Of a stretch of DNA of 64,000 bases, positions 29,642-52,747 are shown one piece after another (the first letter of the stretch is position 1; every line of letters begins with the position of its first letter). Origin of the DNA: Macrostomum lignano (lineage: Eukaryota). The DNA lies in contig NIVC01003734.1 of NCBI GenBank assembly GCA_002269645.1, positions 15,671 through 79,670 on the forward strand, in the 5' to 3' direction. The notes beneath the pieces were generated by a model. It did not search any database and had not been told where the DNA came from. It was given only the letters and a program-made list of their open reading frames with translations. A program made the translations under genes and the position numbers.

Positions 29642-29844
29642 CCTGAGCCCCCGCTGTTGCCATCAACTCATCGTGTGCGCTCAACTGTCTCATTAATAGC
29701 GCACCAACCTGACCAAGGGCCATTGTGCAGTAGTGAAGAGAGCTGCGGGATTCTAGATAAATAGACTTTGGCTTGCAAGTTGCGCATGCAACTTTTTCTT
29801 TACTACAGCGGCACATCACATTATTGCTGGCTGGGAGAGCAGAA

Positions 29845-30200
29845 CAGCTCTAGTGGAGCAGCAGTGCTCTATTGGAGCAGCAGTGCTCTACGCTCGTAGT
29901 GGAGCAGCAGTGCTCTAGTGGAGCAGCAGTGCTCTAGTGGAGCAGCAGTGCTCTAGTGGAGCAGCAGTGCTCTAGTGGAGCAGCAGTGCTCTAGTGGAGC
30001 AGCAGTGCTCTAGTGGAGCAGCAGTGCTCTAGTGGAGCAGCAGTGCTCTAGTGGAGCAGCAGTGCTCTAGTGGAGCAGCAGTGCTCTAGTGGAGCAGCAG
30101 TGCTCTAGTGGAGCAGCAGTGCTCTAGTGGAGTAGCAGTGCTCTAGTGGAGCAGCAGTGCTCTAGTGGGGCAGCAGTGCTCTAGTGGAGCAGCAGTGCTT
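29845..30200. repeat. 19-bp minisatellite downstream of Prp8
   Basis: Tandem GTGGAGCAGCAGTGCTCTA. Confidence 0.95.
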
Positions 30201-30754
30201 TGCTAAATTTTGATGAGTCTGTTAAAAACTGGGGTTATTCAGTTGACTCTTATTGTTGTTATTATTCGATTTTGACCTTCATTTGTCCGGTTCGTTCACC
30301 ACCACCACCAACCCCCACTGTGTTTTCTGTTTTAATGTAATTTATTATGCAGTTCCCTCTATTGCACCGGCCGCCTCCTGTTGCCCTCGCCTACCCAGCA
30401 CTCTCTGCTTGTTCGTGTACAAACTCGAATGCCCCCCCCCCCCCCCCCAGCTGAGCAATCCGGTGCGGCCAGCATTGCTGTTGAGGCCGAACTTTTTATA
30501 ACAACTCTGTGCGCTGGGCCTCGGCCGCCTCTTCTGCGTTCATCGGTGTCATATTTTACTCTATTAATTCTGTAGCCTCTGCTTACTCTGCTCGGAGTTT
30601 CTCGATATAAATAAAATGAACTTGTTTGTCCCCAGCACCCACTGAGTGCCCCCTGCTGGCACCGACTGTGTCTGTCCGTTTAAACTGCTGCAAGGACTGG
30701 CTTTGCTCAGCTGATTGCTCATTTTGTCTGCGACAGCCGGCGAGGGCATTGAGA

Positions 30755-31140
30755 CCAATGCTTATGGATACTGAGGCTGATGCTTACGGATACTGAGACC
30801 AATGCTTATGGATACTGAGGCTGATGCTTACGGATACTGAGACCAATGCTTATGGATACTGAGGCTAATCTAAACACAGACACTACTTAGACTCTATGGC
30901 AGACTACTTAGACAGGCACTAATTAGACACTAAGACAGACACTACTTAGACACTAAGACAGACACTACTTAGACAGGAACTAATTAGACACTAAGACAGA
31001 CACTACTTAGACAGGAACTAATTAGACACTAAGACAGACACTACTTCGACACTAAGACAGACACTACTTAGACAGGAACTAATTAGACACTAAGACAGAC
31101 ACTACTTAGACACTAAGACAGACACTACTTAGACGCTATG
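30755..31140. repeat. Two adjacent short tandem arrays
   Basis: GAGACCAATGCTTATGGATACTGAGGCTGATGCTTACGGATACT (~30755-30865) followed by AGACACTAAGACAGACACTACTT-type units (~30885-31140). Confidence 0.8.
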
Positions 31141-31489
31141 ACAGACGCTATGAGACGGGCATGCACTTATCAAACTAATACTTAAGCTACAGAAAGGAAG
31201 GAAAGGCAGACAGTCTGGCGCAGATATGCATTAGAAAAACAGTCTGGCGCAGATATGCATTAGCAAAACAGTCTCGCTCAACATGTCGAGTTGGGAAAAT
31301 GAGTCAGGCTTATCGTGAAGAGGCTTAGCAGTTGCTGATAGCACGGATTAAGGCATGCACTGGAGTGTAATATGCTTTTATATTTTACTGCTTCTTTGGC
31401 CAAAGGAAGGCAGCGGCGGAGTGGGCTTAAAGTAGAGATGCGTGCTGGGTTATGTACATGCGGGCAGTCAGTGCTGGGTGTCTGCGGCG

Positions 31490-31801
31490 TCACCAGATGC
31501 CCGGCGGCTTCCTCGGCGGCACCTTCTTGGGCCACCGGCTGCGCCGCCGCTTCGAGCGGGCCGCCGCTGCCCTGCTGGCTCGGCGGTGGACTGCGGCGGC
31601 TGACAGCGGAGCGGCGTCAGCTTCGACGGCAAGGCGCTGGCGGATCAGAGGCCAACGCTGGGCGGCCGTCATCAGGGAGGCCCCGTCGGCCGGAGCTGCA
31701 TCGGCGGCGGGCGCGGAGGCAGCCAGCAGGGCGCAGAGGCAGCAGCAGGCGAAGATGGGCAGGAGCGGGGAGCAGTCGGAGAGTCGGTGCTGGGAGCGCA
31801 T
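31490..31801 (-). CDS. Small secreted prepropeptide-like protein (103 aa)
   Basis: ATG start, hydrophobic leader ending ...CALLAASAPA, Ala-rich spacer, tetrabasic KRRR site and C-terminal peptide SRWPKKVPPRKPPGIW. GC-rich coding-like composition. A TATTTAT element lies about 95 nt upstream on the minus strand. Confidence 0.55.
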   Translation of the reverse strand: MRSQHRLSDCSPLLPIFACCCLCALLAASAPAADAAPADGASLMTAAQRWPLIRQRLAVEADAAPLSAAAVHRRASRAAAARSKRRRSRWPKKVPPRKPPGIW

Positions 31802-32928
31802 GTCGGTGACCTTGAAGTGTCAGCGGCTCAGTGGCTTCAGGCGGCTGGCTCGGCGAGTTGTCGATGCGAGTTCTGCCGCTCGCCTGCCACGCATAAATAG
31901 AGAAATCCAGAGCTGCCCTCCCCCCGCCGCCAGTGGTTGCTGGCCTGAGTCACTGGCGCGCCAAGATTTGAAATCTGAGTCAGGCCTGGGGAGGGAGGGG
32001 AAGAGGCGGGATGGAGAATCAAGGACGCGGATCTGGAGTCAGGCGAGTGCGGGGGCTGGCTGGCTCCGTGACTCATCCGCTGCGTGTGCGCTTGAAAGTC
32101 CGCGTCCTTGATCACGTGACGGCTGCTTAGTAGGAGTCGCCAAAAATAGTCGGGTGGGCGCACACTTGGCCTTATGAGACGGGGCAGCTCAGCCTGGACG
32201 AGCAAAGTGAGCAGGTTGTGACACACCTGCGATAAGGGCCGGCTCGCCCACGCAGGTCCCAAATTCGTGCAGAACTGCGTGGTCGCCCTGCCAGGAGGAT
32301 CCTTGATCGCCAACAGTGGAACTTTCAACAGCGAATGCATTTTGACAAAGATTTTTGACTTCAACAGGTTAAGAGCCAACTTGAAAAACTGAGCTCAAAT
32401 GTGTGGTAGGGCGGTTTTTAAAAATGCTTAGTTTAGATTATAAGCTGATTTTTATGTACGCTCGTAGCTTTAAGCCGATCGATTTGATCAATAATTAATG
32501 ACTAATTAATTATATTATTAGTTTTTAATTGTAAAAATCGTAAACACGCGCCAGAGACAACAGTAAACACGCGCCACGAGCCCAGCTTCAATGTCCTTTG
32601 AAAGCCAGAAAGGCAGTTGAAGTCGTTTCCGTAAATTAAAAGTGCACCCACTCAAAGTTCCGTGAAAGTCTCAATAATTCTAGGCCTCCAACGCTCGGTA
32701 CACAGGCTAACAGACAAGGTTAATATCATCAAACACGTCATCCTCAGTGTCGTTTCCACCCCAAATGCTAATTATAGATCTCCTTGGCTTTATCGCGTTG
32801 TTATCGTCTATGGCACTCGTGCAATCGTCCCGAGACGTTGACAACGCTCAGAATTCGGGGTAATCCCCCATTTTCATGCACACTAAACCGCACGGGCACT
32901 CAGCACTCCTATCGGACACCGCGCACTC

Positions 32929-35900
32929 ATGGCGACTCCGCAGCGCTCCTGGCTGCTGGCTGTCGCCTTCTGCTGCCTGGCCGCTCTCGGCTCGCTGCAG
33001 CCGCTGCCGCAGAACTCCAGCAGCCTCCAGCGCAACGGCACCCTCCATCTGGCTCCGACTCCAGCCAGCGGCGTCAAAAATTTCATCGGTCGCGACTTCC
33101 GCCTGCCGGAGAGCCGGTCGATGAACACCAGCTGGTACATCATTCTGCTGTGGACCGTTTCTGTCCTGCTGGCCAGCCTCGTCATTCTGGTGGCTTTCGT
33201 CTTCGTGCAGCAGTTCCTGCTGTAGCCATCTGCGGGTCACGCCTGTGTCAGACTGGGTCACGCCTGTGTCAGACTGGGCCACGCCTGTGTCAGACTGGGT
33301 CACGCCTGTGTCAGACTGGGTCACGCCTGTGTCAGACTGGGTCACGCCTGTGTCAGACTGGGTCACGCCTGTGTCAGACTGGGTCACGCCTGTGTCAGAC
33401 TGGGTCACGCCTGTGTCAGACTGCGTCACGCCTGTGTCAGACTGGGTCACGCCTGTGTCAGACTGGGTCACGCCTGTGTCAGACTGGGTCACGCCTGTGT
33501 CAGACTGCGTCACGCCTGTGTCAGACTGGGTCACGCCTGTGTCAGACTGCGTCACGCCTGTGTCAGACTGGGTCACGCCTGTGTCAGACTGGGTCACGCC
33601 TGTGTCAGACTGGGTCACGCCTGTGTCAGACTGGACCTATTTACTATCTACTACTTACTACCAGTCTTGTACGAGCTAAACAGTTTAAATTTATGCATGC
33701 TAAAAGTAATTTATCATTTTTATCAGTAAACGTGTATCTGGTTCTGCACCCACATCCGGTATCAACTGTGTAATTTACGCTTATTAATGAATTGCACTAA
33801 AGTAAGAAAGTAAATTGCTACTCACCAGATGCTATTTATAGCACTCCCAGCCAGCCAGGTCTCCTACTGTCTATGGCCAAGCCTGCGTGAAAACTGCCAG
33901 GCCCCAGGCTTCATAAAGCAAAACTGTAGGCAGCATATTGAAGGCACTGAGGTCTCGGCGCTCCTTGATTTTCTTCGAATTCAGACCTGCCAAGCTCCAC
34001 TACCGATCGACATCACGGATGCCGCGGCTGCGTCCACCGTCCTCGGCCAGGCGGACCTGGTGCCCGGCCAGGTCCCGCCAGCTTGCCATGCCCGGTGAGT
34101 CTGCGTGAGTCTGTGAGTGAATCTGAGTCTGCCCTGCTCTGCGTCATGTAAAATAATGAGCTGCTCATTCATACTCAGCTCTGCCCCATGTCCGTATTTG
34201 CTTTTCTCCCCAATCCCAATTGTATTTTCTGAGGGATGCTGAAGAGAGTGAACACACTGGCACACAGCAGACTGGCACACTTCAGACTGGCACACAGCAG
34301 ACTGGCATGCAGCAGACTGGCACACAGCAGACTGGCATGCAGCAGACTGGCACACAACATACTGGCACACTTCAGACTGGCACACTTCAAACTGGCACGC
34401 TTCAGACTGGCACAGTTCAGACTGGCACACTTCAGACTGGCACACAGCAGACTGGCACACTTCAAACTGGCACACTTCAGACTGGCACACAGCAGACTGG
34501 CACACAGCAGACTGACATACAGCAGACTGGCACACAGATCAGACTGGCATGCAGCAGACTGGCACACAGCAGACTGGCACACAGCAGACTGGCACACAGC
34601 AGACTGGCACACAGCAGACTGGCATGCAGCAGACTGGCACACAGCAGACTGGCATGCAGCAGACTGGCACAACTGGCACACTCTCACAACTGCAGAAATT
34701 TCCTCGGAGGAGCCGCTGCCCGCCCTGTCCAGCAACCGGCACTGCAGTTCCAAGCCGCAGAAGCCGGTTAACCCCCCGCCGCCAGTTGAGCCCAGCATCT
34801 CGCCGGCTGCCGAGGAGGCGCTGCAGGAGGAGCCGTCACTGTCGGAAATTCCCGAGGAGTCGCCTCAGCCGCCACCGCCGCCGAGAAAGAAACCTGCGAA
34901 AAAGGAGGGCCTGGACTTCTCCTACCTGAAAGACGGCCTGACGGCTGACGGCCCGCAGGATCCGGAGGAGAAGGAGGCGCGCAAGTGAGATGGCCGCAGA
35001 TGAGCTGGAACCTGACCCACTCAGTCCTGACCCACTCAGTCCTGACCCACTCACCCCTGACCCACTCACCCCTGACCCACTCACCCCTGACCCACTCACC
35101 CTGACCCACTCACCCCTGACCCACTCACCCCTGACCCACTCACCCCTGACCCACTCACCCTTGACCCACTCACCCCTGACCCACTCACCCCTGACCCACT
35201 CACCCCTGACCCACTCACCCCTGACCCACTCACCCCTGACCCACTCACCCCTGACCCACTCACCCCTGACCCACTCACCCCTGACCCACTCACCCCTTAC
35301 CCACTCACCCCTGACCCACTCACCCCTGACCCACTCACCCATGACCCACTCACCCATAACCCACTCACCCATGACCCACTCACCCCTGACCCACTCACCC
35401 CTGACCCAATCACCCCTGACCCACTCACCCCTGACCCACACACTCCCAACCCACTCACCCATGACCCACTCACTCCCAACCCACTCACCCATGACCCACT
35501 CACCCCGACCCACTCACCCCTGACCCACTCACCCCTGACCCACTCAGTCCTATCTCACTCAGTCCTAACTCACTCAGTCCTAACCCACTCAGTCCTAACC
35601 CACTCACCCCTGACCCACTCACCCCTGACCCACTCACCCCTGACCCACTCACCCCTGACCCACTCACCCATAACCCACTCACCCATGACCCACACACTCC
35701 CAACCCACTCACCCATAACCCACTCACCCCTGACCCACACACTCCCAACCCACTCACCATGACCCACTCACTCCCAACCCACTCACCCATGACCCACTCA
35801 CTCCCAACCCACTCACCCATGACCCACACACTCCCAACCCACTCACCCATAACCCACTCACCCATGACCCACTCACTCCCAACCCACTCACCCATAACCC

Positions 35901-38900
35901 ACTCACCCATGACCCACACACTCCCAACCCACTCACCCATGACCCACTCACTCCCAACCCACTCACCCCTGACCCACTCACCCCTGACCCACTCACCCCT
36001 GACCCACTCACCCCTGACCCACTCACCCATGACCCACTCACCCCTGACCCACTCACCCCTGACCCACACACTCCCAACCCACTCACCCCTGACCCACACA
36101 CTCCCAACCCACTCACCCATGACCCACTCACTCCCAACCCACTCACCCATGACCCACTCACCCCGACCCACTCACCCCTGACCCACTCACCCCTGACCCA
36201 CTCAGTCCTATCTCACTCAGTCCTAACTCACTCAGTCCTAACCCACTCAGTCCTAACCCACTCACCCCTGACCCACTCACCCCTGACCCACTCACCCCTG
36301 ACCCACTCACCCCTGACCCACTCACCCATAACCCACTCACCCATGACCCACACACTCCCAACCCACTCACCCATAACCCACTCACCCCTGACCCACACAC
36401 TCCCAACCCACTCACCCATGACCCACTCACTCCCAACCCACTCACCCATGACCCACTCACTCCCAACCCACTCACCCATGACCCACACACTCCCAACCCA
36501 CTCACCCATAACCCACTCACCCATGACCCACTCACTCCCAACCCACTCACCCATAACCCACTCACCCATGACCCACACACTCCCAACCCACTCACCCATG
36601 ACCCACTCACTCCCAACCCACTCACCCCTGACCCACTCACCCCTGACCCACTCACCCCTGACCCACTCACCCCTGACCCACTCACCCCTGACCCACTCAC
36701 CCCTGACCCACTCACCCTGACCCACACACTCCCAACCCACTCACCCCTGACCCACACACTTCCAACCCACTCACCCCTGACCCACTCACCCCTAACCCAC
36801 TCACCCCTGACCCACTCACCCCTGACCCACTCACCCCTGACCCACACACTCCCAACCCACTCACCCATGACCCACTCACTCCCAACCCACACACTCCCAA
36901 CCCACTCACCCATGACCCACTCACTCCCAACCCACTCACCCCTGACCCACACACTCCCAACCCACTCACCCCTGACCCACTCACCCCTGACCCACTCACC
37001 CTGACCCACTCACCCCTGACCCACTCACCCCTGACCCACTCACCCCTGACCCACTCACCCCTGACCCACTCACCCCTTACCCACTCACCCCTGACCCACT
37101 CACCCATAATCCACTCACCCATGACCCACTCACTCCCAACCCAATCGCACCGACCCGCAGAGCAGCGCTGGGGTCGGTGGAGGCCGCACTCAAGGTCGCG
37201 CAGGCCCGAGCCGATCGCCTCGCCGAGTTGGCGGCGGATTCGACCGGCGACGCTCGCGGCCGCTGCGCCACGCTGGAGGAGGCCCGCCAGCTCAAGCAGT
37301 GCATCGCCGGCCTGGGCGAGATTTTGAGCTGCCTCCGCCGCAGGCAGCCAGCCGTCTTGAGTCACAGGGAGACCGGGCGGTGCTGCGGCCGCGGCTGGCC
37401 GACTGTCCGCACAGCGGCCGAGACCGCCTGGCCGAGCTGCGGAGCCGCTACGAACGGAGCCTCCTGCTGACACCGGCTGACGTCAGGTGAGCTTGGGGCT
37501 CAGCCTCATCCTTGACTCAGCCTCTCCTGTGCCTCATCCTTGACTCAGCCTCTTCTGTGCCTCATCCTTGGCTCAGCCTCTCCCGTGCCTCATCCTTGGC
37601 TCAGTCATTTTGTAGTGTAGACACAAGCCTATTCACTCGCAGATGCAATCGATGCAGCTCCAGCTCTGCATGTCAGGCCAGGCTCCTACTCTTAAAACTT
37701 GTGTAACAGCCAAAGTTTCAGAGGTCAAGGCAACCAAACTGGCAATGAAAAATTGTCTTAGCTGGTATTGAAATCGCTCAGTTTAGCCTTCTAGACATTT
37801 GCGTTTCTTTCTAAATAAATGCAGATGCGTCAGCTCTGTCCTTCCGTGTCAGATCCCGCGCTTTTTCTGTTGCTTCCTGGTTTCTGCGCCTCGCCCCCCG
37901 TCAGTAAGCGTTGAAACTGCTGGAGTCCCATAGGAGTCCCATAGGAGTCCCATAGGAGTCCCATAGGAATCTCATAGGAGTCCCATAGGAGTCTCATAGG
38001 AGTCTCACAGGAATCCCATAGGAGTCCCATAGGAGTCCCATAGGAGTCCCACAGGAGTCCCATAGGAGTCCCATAGGAGTCCCATAGGAGTCCCATAGGA
38101 GTCCCATAGGAATCTCATAGGAGTCCCATAGGAGTCTCATAGGAGTCTCACAGGAATCCCATAGGAGTCCCATAGGAGTCCCATAGGAGTCCCATAGGAG
38201 TCCCATAGGAGTCCCATAGGAGTCCCATAGGAGTCTCATAGGAGTCTCACAGGAATCCCATAGGAGTCCCATAGGAGTCCCATAGGAGTCCCATAGGAGT
38301 CCCATAGAAGTCCCATAGGAGTCCCATAGGAGTCCCATAGGTGTCCCATAGGAGTCCCATAGGAGTCCCATAGGAGTCCCATAGGAGTCTCGTAGGAGTC
38401 TCACAGGAATCCCACAGGAGTCCCATAGGAGTCTCATAGGTGTCTCATAGGAAAGTCGCGACGCCTGTACAACCCGACGATGAGAAAGTCGGGACGGCTG
38501 TGTACAGCCTGGCGATGAGAAAGTCGGGATGGTTGTGTACAGCCTGGCGATGAGAAAGTCGGGATGGTTGTGTACAGCCTGGCGATGAGAAAGTCGGGAT
38601 GGTTGTGTACAGCCTGGCGATGAGAAAGTCGTGACGGCTGTGTACAGCCTGGCGATGAGAAAGTCGTGACGGCTGTGTACAGCCTGGCGATGAGAAAGTC
38701 ATGACGGCTGTGTACAGCCTGGCGATGAGAAAGTGGCCTCCTCGCTGGCTGCTGCCAACCGAGCTGAACCGCCTCCTCCCCGCCTTCCAGCTGGCCGTTC
38801 GTCCACCTGATCGCCCCGGCCTGGCCGGCTCCACCCAGCGCCGCGGAGGCCTGCCGCTCGTTGGCCAACGACTGCGGGAGCGCCTGACGACCGAGGCACC

Positions 38901-38943
38901 TCGGCAACCTGGCCGCCCAGAAACAGAATTTTTTACAGACTGA
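32929..38943 (+). CDS. Putative type I membrane protein with a Pro/Glu-rich cytoplasmic tail and a degenerate kinesin-like segment
   Basis: Proposed exons 32929-33221 (signal peptide, NxS/T sites, TM; weak CT|GTAGCC donor), 33985-34094, 34696-34984, 37161-37486 and 38718-38943. Phases join, except that one frameshift near 37375 is needed to avoid TGA at 37468. Without the weak donor, exon 1 alone gives a 98-aa protein. Confidence 0.4.
33236..33634. repeat. 21-bp minisatellite (intronic)
   Basis: Tandem GTCACGCCTGTGTCAGACTGG, about 19 copies. Confidence 0.95.
34255..34680. repeat. 15-bp minisatellite (intronic)
   Basis: Tandem CACAGCAGACTGGCA with CACTTCAG variants. Confidence 0.95.
35005..37140. 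repeat. 15-bp C-rich satellite with higher-order duplication (intronic)
   Basis: Tandem CACCCCTGACCCACT with variants. A block of about 658 bp is repeated (diagnostic variant run at ~35505 and ~36163). Confidence 0.95.
37925..38440. repeat. 10-bp minisatellite (intronic)
   Basis: Tandem GGAGTCCCATA/CATAGGAGTC units. Confidence 0.95.
38480..38735 (+). repeat. 35-bp minisatellite overlapping a putative 3' splice site
   Basis: Tandem TGTGTACAG|CCTGGCGATGAGAAAGTCGGGATGGT, about 7 copies. The last copy runs into unique coding-like sequence. Confidence 0.85.
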
Positions 38944-39779
38944 GAAGTTCATTGCCGAATTACACTCGATTAACGGCCTTGGTTGCCAAGGGCAAAGCTT
39001 AGTTGGGGGCGATTTCAGTTTTCTTCTTATGCAATCACAGAGTCTCCAAAATGTGTTAATTCTTTGGTTGAATGTCGCAGGAAAATGTGGCATGAATTCC
39101 CCCGCAAGACTGAGCTGGTCGGATTTGTTGATATTGCTGACTTCGAATGCAGTCGCTTTCCAAACCGAAGATAGAAAGAGTGAAAAATTAAAGAAAAGTG
39201 TTCGCGAAAAAACTTTGAATCTTCAAACTACTACAAACTACGGAGTGGGCGCGTGGCGACAGTTGCCGAGCGGCAGTTGGCCAAAAACTCCCCGCTTTCG
39301 TTTAGAGCACTCGAAAATGAAGAGGCAGAGAATTTCTGCAAAACACTTCAACGTCGAGGAGTAGCGCGAGCGCACTTGAAGTTTTTCTCGAGTGACTCTC
39401 CGCTCGTGAAACCCGTGGCCTCGGGGAGTTCACCTGCGCTCCGGGTTTCAAACCGGTCCAAACCTGTTGCTGCTGCGGACTCGCCGCTGGCCACTCCCGA
39501 AGCGGCGCTGCCGCAACTTCAAGAGGATCTGCATCGATGGCCCCGCAGCTCCTGAGTAGCGAAGTTGGGCTAACAGAGTTCAGGCTGTGCCCGACTCACA
39601 CCGGGTTGCTAGGCTGCGCTGGGCAGGGGGATGTTGCCCAGCTCTTGAAGCTCCCCCCCCCCCCGCGATCCTCGGACCCAGCTTTGCCGGCAGGTGCAGA
39701 CCGAAGGCAGCTGAGAGTGCCGCTTCACACCTGTGCATCGATAACGGAGGAGTCAGGGGCAGCCCGGACCCGCATTGCC

Positions 39780-39809
39780 TATAAATGATGCCGCTCCGAG
39801 ACCCTCAGT
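39780..39809 (+). promoter_or_regulatory. TATA box plus initiator of Arg-rich gene 1
   Basis: TATAAA at 39780-39785 and TCAGT initiator-like motif at 39805-39809 (canonical spacing). A short non-coding exon follows, ending CAG|GTAAGT at about 39851. Confidence 0.65.
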
Positions 39810-39873
39810 AACAGTCAATTTGGAAGAAATCTGAAGCACCGGATACGCCAGGTAAGTGAGCGGCCGCTAAATT

Positions 39874-41021
39874 CTGGTCAGGTAGGTGTAGGATTCTGTA
39901 GCGAAAGTCTGGTCAGGTAGGTGTGGGATTCTGTAGCGAAAGTCTGGCCAGGTAGGTGTGGGATTCTGTAGCGAAAGTCTGGTCAGGTAGGTGTGGGATT
40001 CTGTAGCGAAAGTCTGGTCAGGTAGGTGTGGGATTCTGTAGCGAAAGTCTGGTCAGGTAGGTGTGGGATTCTGTAGCGAAAGTCTGGTCAGGTAGGTGTG
40101 GGATTCTGTAGCGAAAGTCTGTTCAGGTAGCTGTGGGATTCTGTAGCGAAAGTCTGGTCAGGTAGGTGTGGGATTCTGTAGCGAAAGTCTGGTCATGTAG
40201 GGGTGGGATTCTGTAGCGAAAGTCTGGTCAGGTAGGTGTGGGATTCTGTAGCGAAAGTCTGGTCAGGTAGGTGTGGGATTCTGTAGCGAAAGTCTGGTCA
40301 GGTAGGTGTAGGATTCTGTAGCGAAAGTCTGGTCAGGTAGGTGTGGGATTCTGTAGCGAAAGTCTGGCCAGGTAGGTGTGGGATTCTGTAGCGAAAGTCT
40401 GGTCAGGTAGGTGTGGGATTCTGTAGCGAAAGTCTGGTCAGGTAGGTGTGGGATTCTGTAGCGAAAGTCTGGTCAGGTAGGTGTGGGATTCTGTAGCGAA
40501 AGTCTGGTCAGGTAGGTGTGGGATTCTGTAGCGAAAGTCTGTTCAGGTAGCTGTGGGATTCTGTAGCGAAAGTCTGGTCAGGTAGGTGTGGGATTCTGTA
40601 GCGAAAGTCTGGTCATGTAGGGGTGGGATTCTGTAGCGAAAGTCTGGTCAGGTAGGTGTGGGATTCTGTAGCGAAAGTCTGGTCAGGTAGGTGTGGGATT
40701 CTGTAGCGAAAGTCTGGTCAGGTAGGTGTGGGATTCTGTAGCGAAAGTCTGGTCATGTAGGGGTGGGATTCTGTAGCGAAAGTCTGGTCAGGTAGGTGTG
40801 GGATTCTGTAGCGAAAGTCTGGTCAGGTAGGTGTGGGATTCTGTAGCGAAAGTCTGGTCAGGTAGCTGTGGGATTCTGTAGCGAAAGTCTGGTCAGGTAG
40901 GTGTGGGATTCTGTAGCGAAAGTCTGGTCAGGTAGGTGTGGGATTCTGTAGCGAAAGTCTGGTCAGGTAGGTGTGGGATTCTGTAGCGAAAGTCTGGTCA
41001 GGTAGGTGTAGGATTCTGTAG
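39874..41021 (+). repeat. 35-bp minisatellite filling the 5'UTR intron of Arg-rich gene 1
   Basis: Tandem GGTCAGGTAGGTGTGGGATTCTGTAGCGAAAGTCT, about 33 copies. Confidence 0.95.
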
Positions 41022-41051
41022 CTAACTCTGCTCCTACATTTCAGACTCAAA

Positions 41052-52677
<11,626 letters not shown>

Positions 52678-52741
52678 TAGACTAAGTGTGGTGATAGAAT
52701 TTCCTCTCTCCCTCAAATGACGAGGATTATTGGCTTTGGAA

Positions 52742-52747
52742 AATAAA
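52742..52747 (+). terminator. Probable polyadenylation signal of gene 1
   Basis: AATAAA about 65 nt after the TGA at 52675-52677. Confidence 0.5.

Noticed and set aside
34836-37140. Telomeric repeat or THSPL/GEWVR repeat proteins
   Set aside because: The unit is 15 bp (CACCCCTGACCCACT), not TTAGGG, and the array lies between a GT donor (34985) and an AG acceptor (37160).
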